DNA of 28,082 nt from Thermoplasmata archaeon (GTDB lineage: Archaea; Thermoplasmatota; SW-10-69-26; JACQPN01; JAJPHT01): NCBI GenBank assembly GCA_034667685.1, contig JAXDQU010000070.1, positions 1 through 28,082 on the forward strand. Direction: 5' to 3'. A program made the translations under genes and the position numbers. Below the pieces are notes generated by a model, which had not been told where the DNA came from, made no database searches, and saw only the letters and a list, made by a program, of their open reading frames with translations. Each line of letters begins with the position of its first letter. The stretch's first letter is position 1. Positions 1 to 6,659 of this stretch are shown here, piece after piece.

Positions 1-84
1 CGCTGGGGCCCCCAGCGCCACCCCAAGCCCCAGCCCCGCGTCTCGGCGAAATGATCTAAAGTGCGCATCCTCCTGCGGCGCCGC

Positions 85-1464
85 ATGGAGCCCCTGGACC
101 TGCCGACCGTGCCCGAGCCGTACCGCATCAAGGCGGTCGAGCGGATCCGACGCACGAGCCGTGAGGAGCGGGCGCGCCTGCTGGCCGCGGCGGGTTACAA
201 CGTGTTCGCGCTGGCGAGCGACGACGTGTACGTCGACCTGCTCACCGACAGCGGCGTGGGCGCCATGAGCGACCGCCAGTGGGCCGGGCTGATGGTGGGC
301 GACGAGAGCTACGCCGGCGCGCGCAGCTTCCGCCACTTCGAGGCCGCCGTGAAGGAGCTGCTCGGGTTCCCGCGCGTGATCCCGACGCACCAGGGGCGCG
401 GCGCGGAGCACGTCCTGTGCGCGGCGCTCGTGAAGGCGGGCGACGTCGTGCCGGGGAACGCGCACTTCGACACGACGAAGGCGCACATCGAGCACCGCGG
501 CGGCGTCGCGCTCGACGTCACGATCGACGAGGCCTCGAAGGCGCGCAGCCAGCACCCGTTCAAGGGGAACGTGGACGTCCCGAAGCTGCGCGCCGCGCTG
601 CGCGATCACCGCGGCAAGGTCCCCTTCGTCCTCGTCACGGTCACTTGCAACACGGTGGGGGGCCAGCCCGTCTCGCTGGCGAACCTGCGCGAGGTGCGCG
701 CCGCGTGCGACGAGGCGGGCGTGCCGCTCGTGCTCGACATCGCGCGGTACGCCGAGAACTCGCTCTTCGTGAAGCGGCGCGAGCGTCCGGAGATGAGCGT
801 GCGCGACATCGCGCGGGCCACGATGGACCTCGCCGACGCCGCGACCATGAGCGCGAAGAAGGACGCGTACGTCAACATCGGCGGCTTCCTGGCCGTCCGC
901 TCCACCGGGCTTTTCGACAAGGTGGCGCCCTACGCCGTGCTCTACGAGGGCTTCCTCACCTACGGCGGCCTCGCGGGGCGCGACCTGGAGGCGATGGCGA
1001 TCGGCCTCGCGGAGGGGCTCGACGAGGACACGCTCGCGCACCGCGTCGGCCAGGTGCACGGCTTGGGGCGCGGCCTGGAGGCGGCGGGCATCCCCGTGCT
1101 GACGCCCTACGGCGGCCACGCGATCTACGTCGACGCGGCGGCGTTCCTCCCGCACCTGACGCGGGCGCAGCTTCCCGCGCAGGCGCTCGTGGCCGAGCTG
1201 TACCTGGAGGGGGGCGTGCGCGCGGTGGAGGTGGGCACCGTGATGGCCGGGCGCGACCCCGCCAGCGGCCAGGACCGTTACCCGGACCTGGAGCTGGTGC
1301 GCCTCGCCGTGCCGCGCCGCACCTACACGCAGGCGCACCTCGACCACGTCGTCGCCACCGCGAAGGCCGTCTGGGCGCGCCGCGCCAGCGTCAAGGGAAT
1401 CCGGTTCCAGGCGGAGACGCCGATCCTGCGGCACTTCACGAGCACCTTCGCGCGCACCGAGTGA
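85..1464 (+). CDS. tnaA: Tryptophanase (beta-eliminating lyase, PLP-dependent)
   Basis: Motifs DLLTDSG, GDESYAG, THQGRGAE, HFDTT and PLP-lysine MSAKKD. RAVEVG and C-terminal LRHFT are tryptophanase-type (tyrosine phenol-lyase typically has SGKKD, RSMERG, LRFFT). ATG at 85 preferred over GTG at 61 because an AT-rich TATA-like ATCTAAA (54-60) lies ~25 nt upstream. Confidence 0.88.
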   Translation: MEPLDLPTVPEPYRIKAVERIRRTSREERARLLAAAGYNVFALASDDVYVDLLTDSGVGAMSDRQWAGLMVGDESYAGARSFRHFEAAVKELLGFPRVIPTHQGRGAEHVLCAALVKAGDVVPGNAHFDTTKAHIEHRGGVALDVTIDEASKARSQHPFKGNVDVPKLRAALRDHRGKVPFVLVTVTCNTVGGQPVSLANLREVRAACDEAGVPLVLDIARYAENSLFVKRRERPEMSVRDIARATMDLADAATMSAKKDAYVNIGGFLAVRSTGLFDKVAPYAVLYEGFLTYGGLAGRDLEAMAIGLAEGLDEDTLAHRVGQVHGLGRGLEAAGIPVLTPYGGHAIYVDAAAFLPHLTRAQLPAQALVAELYLEGGVRAVEVGTVMAGRDPASGQDRYPDLELVRLAVPRRTYTQAHLDHVVATAKAVWARRASVKGIRFQAETPILRHFTSTFARTE

Positions 1465-1467
1465 GGG

Positions 1468-1977
1468 TCAGCCGGCGGCGTTGCGCGCCCCGTCCACGCG
1501 CGTCTCGCACCCCGAGCGCTCGACGAGCACGTCCGCGACCCGCACGGGGATGCCGGAGCGCGCCAGGGCGATGGCGCCCATCGCGGCGTCGGCGCCCAGG
1601 CGCACCGTCCGCTCGCACGTCCGCGTGACGACGAGGAGCGCGCTCGCCTGGCTCCCATCGGCCGCGACGACCTGCGCGAGGCAGCTCGTGCGCGTCACGT
1701 TCGCCGTGTCGGTGAGCTGGCCGGGCGCCAGCGCCTCGCCGGTCGCCGAGGCGAGCGCCATCGCGGCCACGGCGGTCCCGTTGTCCACGCTCACGCGCGT
1801 CTCGCGCTCCGTCGCGACGGCGCGTCCGTCCGGACAGGCGGCGGGGGGCTCGGCGCGCAGCGTCGCCGGCGCCAGGGCCGGGGCGGGCGCCGGTGGCGCC
1901 GGGGGCCGGCTGGGCGCCGCGACGACGCAGCCGCCCAGCGCGAGCGCGATGCACGCGAGCGCCATCGCCTTGCCCAT
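1468..1977 (-). CDS. Putative lipoprotein with two copies of the repeat found in 2855..3538
   Basis: N-terminal MALACIALALGGC ends in a lipobox-like LGG|C, followed by a Pro/Ala linker. Contains ETRVSVDNGTAVAAMAL and ERTVRLGADAAMGAIAL plus 4 further Cys. Starts 8 nt after the stop of 1986..2774. Confidence 0.7.
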   Translation of the reverse strand: MGKAMALACIALALGGCVVAAPSRPPAPPAPAPALAPATLRAEPPAACPDGRAVATERETRVSVDNGTAVAAMALASATGEALAPGQLTDTANVTRTSCLAQVVAADGSQASALLVVTRTCERTVRLGADAAMGAIALARSGIPVRVADVLVERSGCETRVDGARNAAG

Positions 1978-1985
1978 GCGCGGCC

Positions 1986-2774
1986 CTACCGGCGCCGCCT
2001 GCGCGCCGCGAGCGCCGCCGCGCCCGCGATGGCGCCCAGGAGCGCGACGGCCGACGGGGCGGGGACGCGGTGCTTGGGCGGCGAGGGCCCGCTGACCTCC
2101 TGCGGCGTGGGCGTCGGCGCGGCCGCGGAGGACGGGGTCGGCGCGCTCGCCGGGGTCGCGGGCGCCGGCGCCTGGCTCGCCACGCCGAACGTGGAGACGA
2201 GCTGCGTGCCCGCGCCGAGCCCGCCGGTCTGCGTGCCCGAGCCGTCGCCGAACGAGAGGCCCGCGGGCAGGCGCAGCGTGTACGTGCCGTTCCAGAGCGG
2301 CGTGAGCGCGAACGTGTGGTTGTCCGCGCCGGCCATCGCGATGGCGAGCCCCACGTCGTGGTGGAGGACGAGCGCGACGTTCGTGTCGTTCGTGTCGGTG
2401 CCGTCGATCGTCACCGAGGCGGTCTCGACGCGCGAGGGCTGGCCGTCGATCAGGATGCCGGGGTACGTCTGGTTGACCAGATCGTGCGACGCCGCGGCGG
2501 TCACCTTCGCCACCTCGTCGGGCGAGAGGCGGCCGTCGCCGTTGCCGAAGTAGGCGTCGAGCGACTGCCGCATGTCGGCGGCGCGTGTTCCCTCCCAGGT
2601 CTGGCTGAGCCGGAGGGTCGCGTGCGTGGCGTCGGTGATGGTCACGTCGAGCGTCGCGCTGTCGGCGATGCCGGACTCCTTCGTCGCCGCGAGCGCGGGG
2701 GACGCGCAGGCGAGCGCCAGGAGGGCGAGGAGGGTCGACGTGCGGGCGTGGGTCTGGGTGGTGGATCGCGTCAT
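1986..2774 (-). CDS. Secreted surface protein with archaeosortase-type (PGF-CTERM-like) C-terminal sorting signal
   Basis: Signal peptide (LLALLALACASPALA), EF-hand-like GNGDGRLSPDEV, N-glycosylation sequons (NQT, NHT, NGT), Pro/Thr/Ala linker, then VPAP + hydrophobic helix + RRRRR. GGAGA upstream of the ATG. Confidence 0.8.
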   Translation of the reverse strand: MTRSTTQTHARTSTLLALLALACASPALAATKESGIADSATLDVTITDATHATLRLSQTWEGTRAADMRQSLDAYFGNGDGRLSPDEVAKVTAAASHDLVNQTYPGILIDGQPSRVETASVTIDGTDTNDTNVALVLHHDVGLAIAMAGADNHTFALTPLWNGTYTLRLPAGLSFGDGSGTQTGGLGAGTQLVSTFGVASQAPAPATPASAPTPSSAAAPTPTPQEVSGPSPPKHRVPAPSAVALLGAIAGAAALAARRRRR

Positions 2775-2790
2775 GTTGCCAGTCTCCGGT

Positions 2791-2838
2791 GGAAAGGGAA
2801 GGGAGGGAGGAGGGCGCGCGGCCCCCCTCCCAGGGGGG
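2791..2838 (-). terminator. GC-rich hairpin plus pyrimidine tract between the repeat-protein gene and the downstream accessory genes (partial terminator or mRNA stabiliser)
   Basis: On the minus strand GGGAGGGGGGC (2831-2821) pairs with GCCCTCCTCCC (2815-2805) with one G-U pair and is followed by TCCCTTCCCTTTCC. An alternative stem 2822-2828/2832-2838 competes. Confidence 0.45.
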
Positions 2839-2854
2839 TACGTCTCGTTCAGCT

Positions 2855-3538
2855 TCAGCCGGTGGGGGTGTTGCTGCCGCCGTCGCCCAGCGCGAGCGTC
2901 AGGAACGCGTTGTCGCGCGGGACGGACACGGTCTGGTCGTGGCTGACGGCGAGCCGGTGGGCTTCCGCCATGCTCGCGACGTCATCGAGGCTCAGCGGCG
3001 AGCCGACGCTGTTGTGCAGCGCGATGGCGAGCAGGACCGTGTTCTGGTCGAGGCTCACGCGCTGCGAGTCGGTGGCCGTCTGGGTGGCCGCGGTCGCGAA
3101 GTCGGACGCGCAGGCCAGGCCCGCGAGGCTTCCCGAGTTGTCGTGGATGCCCAGGGCCAGCGCGCTGAACACGTCGTCGCGGTTGAGGACGGCGGTCTGC
3201 GAGGCGGTCATCGTCTGCGTCTGCGTCATGTCGACGTTGCGCACCTTGTTCACGTCGATGCCGTTGGCGCCGTTGTTGTGCAGCGCGATGGCGAGCAGCA
3301 CGTTGTCATCGGGGATCGACACGTTCTGGCTGCGGCTGGCCTCCTGCACCATGCTGCTGTGGAGGTTGTCGATGGCGCGCACGCCCTCGACGCCGGTCGC
3401 TTGCGCGCACGTCCCGGGTCCCCAGCTTGCGTCGGGGAATGCCGAGGAGGGCGACGTGGAGTCGGCGAGGGCGCTCGCCGGCACGATCAGCGCTGCGGCT
3501 CCGAGAAGGAGCAAGGTCCATGTGGTTCTAGATCGCAT
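2855..3538 (-). CDS. Secreted 227-aa protein with four ~43-45-aa internal repeats (candidate fibre/matrix subunit)
   Basis: SD-like GAAGGTGA upstream of ATG 3538 and signal peptide MRSRTTWTLLLLGAAALIVPASALA. Repeats are SQNVSIPDDNVLLAIAL, SQTAVLNRDDVFSALAL, SQRVSLDQNTVLLAIAL and DQTVSVPRDNAFLTLAL, spaced 43/45/43 aa. Codon usage is strongly GC3. Confidence 0.82.
   Translation of the reverse strand: MRSRTTWTLLLLGAAALIVPASALADSTSPSSAFPDASWGPGTCAQATGVEGVRAIDNLHSSMVQEASRSQNVSIPDDNVLLAIALHNNGANGIDVNKVRNVDMTQTQTMTASQTAVLNRDDVFSALALGIHDNSGSLAGLACASDFATAATQTATDSQRVSLDQNTVLLAIALHNSVGSPLSLDDVASMAEAHRLAVSHDQTVSVPRDNAFLTLALGDGGSNTPTG
3010..3298. repeat. Exact 25-bp direct repeat inside the repeat-protein gene (3010-3034 and 3274-3298)
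   Basis: TGTTGTGCAGCGCGATGGCGAGCAG occurs twice, 264 bp (88 codons) apart, and encodes LLAIALHN on the minus strand. Confidence 0.9.
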
Positions 3539-3982
3539 TCTTGGTTCACCTTCGGGTTGGGTCGCGCGCCTCGCCTGGGCGCGGGCGCTTCGTTCGTTGT
3601 CCACGCCCAGGCGGTGTGCGGTCCAAACACCGGCGCTGCCTCCCGAGGCCCGCTGGAATCAATGCTCACGCCCGTTCATTCGTGGAATGGTGCGTGAACG
3701 ATCGGACCATTCGCGGAGCGCTCCGTCGCCCGATTTTTCTCGTGGAAATCGGCCCTCGCGTGGCGCAGCGGGCGCGCGGCGCGGAGGTCGACGCGGTGCC
3801 TTGCATATGCGGCCCGGCGCGCGCGCCCGAACGAAATCCCGTCGATCGGTCCGCGTCGTGCCGGCCTGGGCGGGCGCCGGGCGGAGCCTGAAGGGTCAGG
3901 GCTCCGGGCGCGGGGGCTCCGCGCGGGGCCAACGATGACCAAACCAAAGCGTTAGATAGTGCCCGTTGCGAAGGGGCTGCGC

Positions 3983-4153
3983 ATGCTGCGCGCGCCCCGC
4001 GCCCTCTTCGCGAGCCCCGTGCGCCAGATCGACGCGCTCTGGCGGACGCTGGCCCAGCTCGACGTGGCGCTCTGGCAGATCGAGACGGGGCTCGCGCTGC
4101 GCGAGAGCCTTCTGCGCGCGCTGGAAGCCGACTGGCTGCGCGCGTACGTGTGA
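3983..4153 (+). CDS. Small 56-aa helical hypothetical protein
   Basis: Amphipathic heptad helix RQIDALWRTLAQLDVALWQIETGLA and GC3-biased codons. An A-rich/TATA-like AAACCAAAGCGTTAGATA lies ~25 nt upstream of ATG 3983 (alternative GTG 3959). Confidence 0.6.
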   Translation: MLRAPRALFASPVRQIDALWRTLAQLDVALWQIETGLALRESLLRALEADWLRAYV

Positions 4154-4158
4154 CGTGT

Positions 4159-4199
4159 GAAAGGAAAAAAGGGCCGGCGGCGCGGAGGTCCCGCCGCCG
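4159..4199 (-). terminator. Hairpin + U-tract terminator downstream of the Hsp20 gene
   Basis: 8-bp stem CGGCGGCG (4175-4182)/CGCCGCCG (4192-4199), followed on the minus strand by CCCTTTTTTCCTTT. Confidence 0.6.
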
Positions 4200-4201
4200 A
4201 C

Positions 4202-4540
4202 CTACGGGTTGCTCTGCTTCTTGGGGACGATCACCGTGAGGACGCCGGCCTCGATCGTCGTCTTCGCCTGGCCCACGTCCGCGTCCCACGCGACCGGGAG
4301 CACGCGCTCGTGCGAGGCGCCCGGCGGGAACGGCGTCCGCTCGATCAGCAGCGGGCGCCCCGTGGCGCCCGTCGGAGCGGGGAGACGCGCGCGGATCGCG
4401 AGCGTGCCCGGCGCGGGGCCGGGACGCACCTCGATCCCTTCGTCGCGCGCTCCGGGCACGTCGATCGTCACGCGGTACGCGTTGCCCGTGTCGATGACGT
4501 CGGCGGGGAGCGTCTCAGAGGCGAAAGTTGCCGGGCGCAC
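4202..4540 (-). CDS. Hsp20/alpha-crystallin domain protein (short; start uncertain, possibly the C-terminal half of a frameshifted fusion with 4515..4877)
   Basis: PADVIDTGNAYRVTIDVPG...LLIER...HERVLPVAWDADVGQAKTTIEAGVLTVIVPK is the canonical alpha-crystallin pattern. The only nearby start is a GTG at 4540 that overlaps the upstream ORF by 26 nt. Confidence 0.8.
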   Translation of the reverse strand: MRPATFASETLPADVIDTGNAYRVTIDVPGARDEGIEVRPGPAPGTLAIRARLPAPTGATGRPLLIERTPFPPGASHERVLPVAWDADVGQAKTTIEAGVLTVIVPKKQSNP

Positions 4541-4877
4541 CGGGGCCGATGAGGCCAGCGGGGATGTACACCGGGACGAGGCCGTTCTGCGTGGGGACGA
4601 ACGCGTGGAAGCCCTGGTTGCCGCCCATCGAGGACGGGCTGCCCGAGAAGCCGAGCGGGAGGCCCTGGGCGTGGCCCCACGCCGTGGGCGGGACGACGCC
4701 GGGGAAGGCATTGCCCGTGAAGCCACCGGGGAGCGAGCCGGGGATCGTCTGCGCGAGGTTCGCCTTCACGAGCTGGAGGCGCTGCTCGACGTCGCTGAGC
4801 AGGGTGTAGAGCGCTTCGATCGCGCGGGTCGTGTTGGGGTCGGAGTTGCCGAGGAAACCGGGGGTCGTGGACATCAT
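4515..4877 (-). CDS. 120-aa hypothetical protein: N-terminal amphipathic helix + Gly/Pro/Phe-rich low-complexity region
   Basis: SD-like AAGGTG before ATGATG at 4877. Helix RAIEALYTLLSDVEQRLQLVKANLA followed by PGSLPGGFTGNAFPGVVPP...; GC3-biased codons. Confidence 0.72.
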   Translation of the reverse strand: MMSTTPGFLGNSDPNTTRAIEALYTLLSDVEQRLQLVKANLAQTIPGSLPGGFTGNAFPGVVPPTAWGHAQGLPLGFSGSPSSMGGNQGFHAFVPTQNGLVPVYIPAGLIGPGAPGNFRL

Positions 4878-5091
4878 GTTGCACACCTTGGTTGGCGCCG
4901 GGTCGGTCCCGGGCATGCCGGGGCGACCAATGGGAGTGTGGAGCAAATGCGTGTCGCCTTCGGATCGCTCGGGCGTGATATCACCCCGGATTCCCCGTAC
5001 ATGGATGGCGCGACCCTCATCCAAGAAGAGCGCTCGACATGGGGACGCCGCGCGAAGCGGCGGGAGCGGACCTCACCTGGACCTCACGACG

Positions 5092-5481
5092 ATGCCGGGC
5101 GCGATGGCGCCCACCGCGCTCGACGACCCGACCTGGACCGAGCGCGCCGCGGGCCTGATCCGCGAGCTGCAGCGCGCGCACGCGGACGCGTTCCGGCGCG
5201 TCCTCGAAGCCGAGTCGCGCGCCCGGGCGGCCGATCCGCCCCAGAAGCGCGACGCGCGCCGACGGAGCGCCCAGGCCGACCTCGCCGAGGCCTTCGCGCA
5301 CGGGCTCCAGGCTCGGCTGCTCGACGCGCGCGACGCGCTGGCGGCGTGCGGCGTGCAGCGCGACCGCTTCGACGAGATGGTCGACGGCGGCTGGGACCTC
5401 GAGACGTTCCCCTTCCTGTGGGTCGACCTCCACGCGATGCTGCGGGAGCTCGACGAGGCCGGGCCTGTCATGTCCGGCTGA
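5092..5481 (+). CDS. Hypothetical all-alpha protein (~125-129 aa)
   Basis: GC3-biased frame, ATG at 5092 or 5104, helical composition, ending DEMVDGGWDLETFPFLWVDLHAML. No family recognised. Confidence 0.6.
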   Translation: MPGAMAPTALDDPTWTERAAGLIRELQRAHADAFRRVLEAESRARAADPPQKRDARRRSAQADLAEAFAHGLQARLLDARDALAACGVQRDRFDEMVDGGWDLETFPFLWVDLHAMLRELDEAGPVMSG

Positions 5482-5524
5482 GCACGGATATCCGAGGCGG
5501 CCGCATGGGCACCGGGACAATTCC

Positions 5525-5929
5525 ATGCGACCCCTTCCGATCCTGCTCACGGCGCTGCTGCTCGCGATTCCCTTCGCGGCGGCGGCTTCGACCTCCGAGC
5601 TGCCCGCTGGCGCGCAGCAGATCCGCGACGCCGCCTCGGCCCTGGACGCGAACGCCGACTGCGAGGCGCGCCTCGCGCAGAACACCACGATGATCGAGCG
5701 CGGCGGGACGACGTTCTCGTGCAGCACCGCGTGCGTGAGCCTGAACGGCGGCCCGGCCACGTGCTCGACGCGCGCCGCGCTGGGCCGGACGGTCTTCGCC
5801 ACGCCGATCGCGCAGCCGCGCGGTCCGCTCGGCTTCCGGCTCTGGCTGCCCGCCTCCTCGCGGGGCGGCGGCTTCGACGCGGCGCCCTTCCTCTCAGCGT
5901 TCGACCCCTTCGGGCCCTTCGCCCGCTGA
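5525..5929 (+). CDS. Small secreted Cys-containing hypothetical protein
   Basis: Signal peptide MRPLPILLTALLLAIPFAAAA, 4 Cys, one NTT sequon and a Phe/Gly/Pro-rich tail. Confidence 0.7.
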   Translation: MRPLPILLTALLLAIPFAAAASTSELPAGAQQIRDAASALDANADCEARLAQNTTMIERGGTTFSCSTACVSLNGGPATCSTRAALGRTVFATPIAQPRGPLGFRLWLPASSRGGGFDAAPFLSAFDPFGPFAR

Positions 5930-6538
5930 GCCCGCGTCCTCGACGTACTTCGTGAGGATTCGCGCCTCGGCCCGACGCAACCGCTCGGAGAGCGACGCCG
6001 CCGTGATGCCGAGGCGCTGCGCCAGCTCGTGCAGGTTGAGCGGACGCGGGATCTTGTAGTATCCCGCCTCGACGGCCTCGCGCAGCGCCTCCTCCTGCGC
6101 GGCCGTGAGCATCCTTCGCTCGGGCGGAGCGGGGCGGAGGCTCGTGATGGCGACGCCGTCCTCGATGGCGAGCAGGCGCATGGCGAAGCGCTGCACCTTG
6201 GCGCGCGGCCCGCGCACGGCCAGGTCCGCGTGCCCGTCCGGGTCGAGGCTCATCGTCTCGACCTCGACGCCCTGGAAGAGACGCGCCCACGCGGCGGGCA
6301 GCCGGATGATGTGCGCGAGGAGCAGGCCGCTGGGCTCGATCTCGAGACGCATGCGGCCGGCGGACGCGAGCCAGTCGACGATCGGCCCCGCGTGCGTCTG
6401 CCGCGGCGGCACGAGCGAGAGCGCCCAGTGCTCGCCAGCCTGCGAGAGCCTGGCGCGTAACGGGACGGGGGGCCGATCGAGCCCAAGCGTCTCGACGTCG
6501 AGCGCGAAGCGCGCGCCGATGATCTCGGGAGCGTCCAC
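5894..6538 (-). CDS. Bacterio-opsin activator-type HTH (HTH_10) transcriptional regulator
   Basis: C-terminal LTAAQEEALREAVEAGYYKIPRPLNLHELAQRLGITAASLSERLRRAEARIL is the archaeal Bat/HTH_10 signature. Start is GTG 6538 or ATG 6583. The 3' end overlaps the convergent 5525..5929. Confidence 0.85.
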   Translation of the reverse strand: MDAPEIIGARFALDVETLGLDRPPVPLRARLSQAGEHWALSLVPPRQTHAGPIVDWLASAGRMRLEIEPSGLLLAHIIRLPAAWARLFQGVEVETMSLDPDGHADLAVRGPRAKVQRFAMRLLAIEDGVAITSLRPAPPERRMLTAAQEEALREAVEAGYYKIPRPLNLHELAQRLGITAASLSERLRRAEARILTKYVEDAGSAGEGPEGVER

Positions 6539-6659
6539 GGGTTGCCCTCGTTCCCTCCCGCGGAAGGCGCTGCTGCCCAACATGTCTGGACGCGCCGGGC
6601 GCTCGACGCGGCCATGTTAGGCGCCAAAGACATCATCTCACGCGCGACTCGCGCGGCCG

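Noticed and set aside
85-1464. Tyrosine phenol-lyase assignment and a tnaC-like leader peptide
   Set aside because: SAKKD, AVEVG and LRHFT favour tryptophanase. No Trp-containing leader ORF is visible in the 84 nt upstream.
2855-3538. Direct homology of the repeat protein to CsgA, FapC or spore-coat CotX
   Set aside because: It lacks the curli Q-x-G-x-x-N and Fap GNxGxN...NQQ motifs. Resemblance is only compositional and organisational, so no name is assigned.
1893-3938. 681-aa and other plus-strand ORFs over the secreted-protein operon
   Set aside because: The minus-strand frames have signal peptides, SD motifs and GC3 bias. The plus frames are low-information shadows.
4515-4517. TGA read-through or selenocysteine joining the 120-aa ORF to Hsp20
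   Set aside because: In-frame read-through gives DAPRRRHR..., not the alpha-crystallin sequence, which is in the +1 frame.
4975-4984. Palindrome GTGATATCAC between divergent genes
   Set aside because: Only 10 bp, and the same word occurs inside the GT4 coding sequence (~21517), so it cannot be distinguished from chance.
3983-5481. Gas-vesicle (gvp) cluster suggested by small helical proteins plus an Hsp20-like domain
   Set aside because: No GvpA/J/M signature (LDRxLDKG) and no GvpN ATPase in the window.
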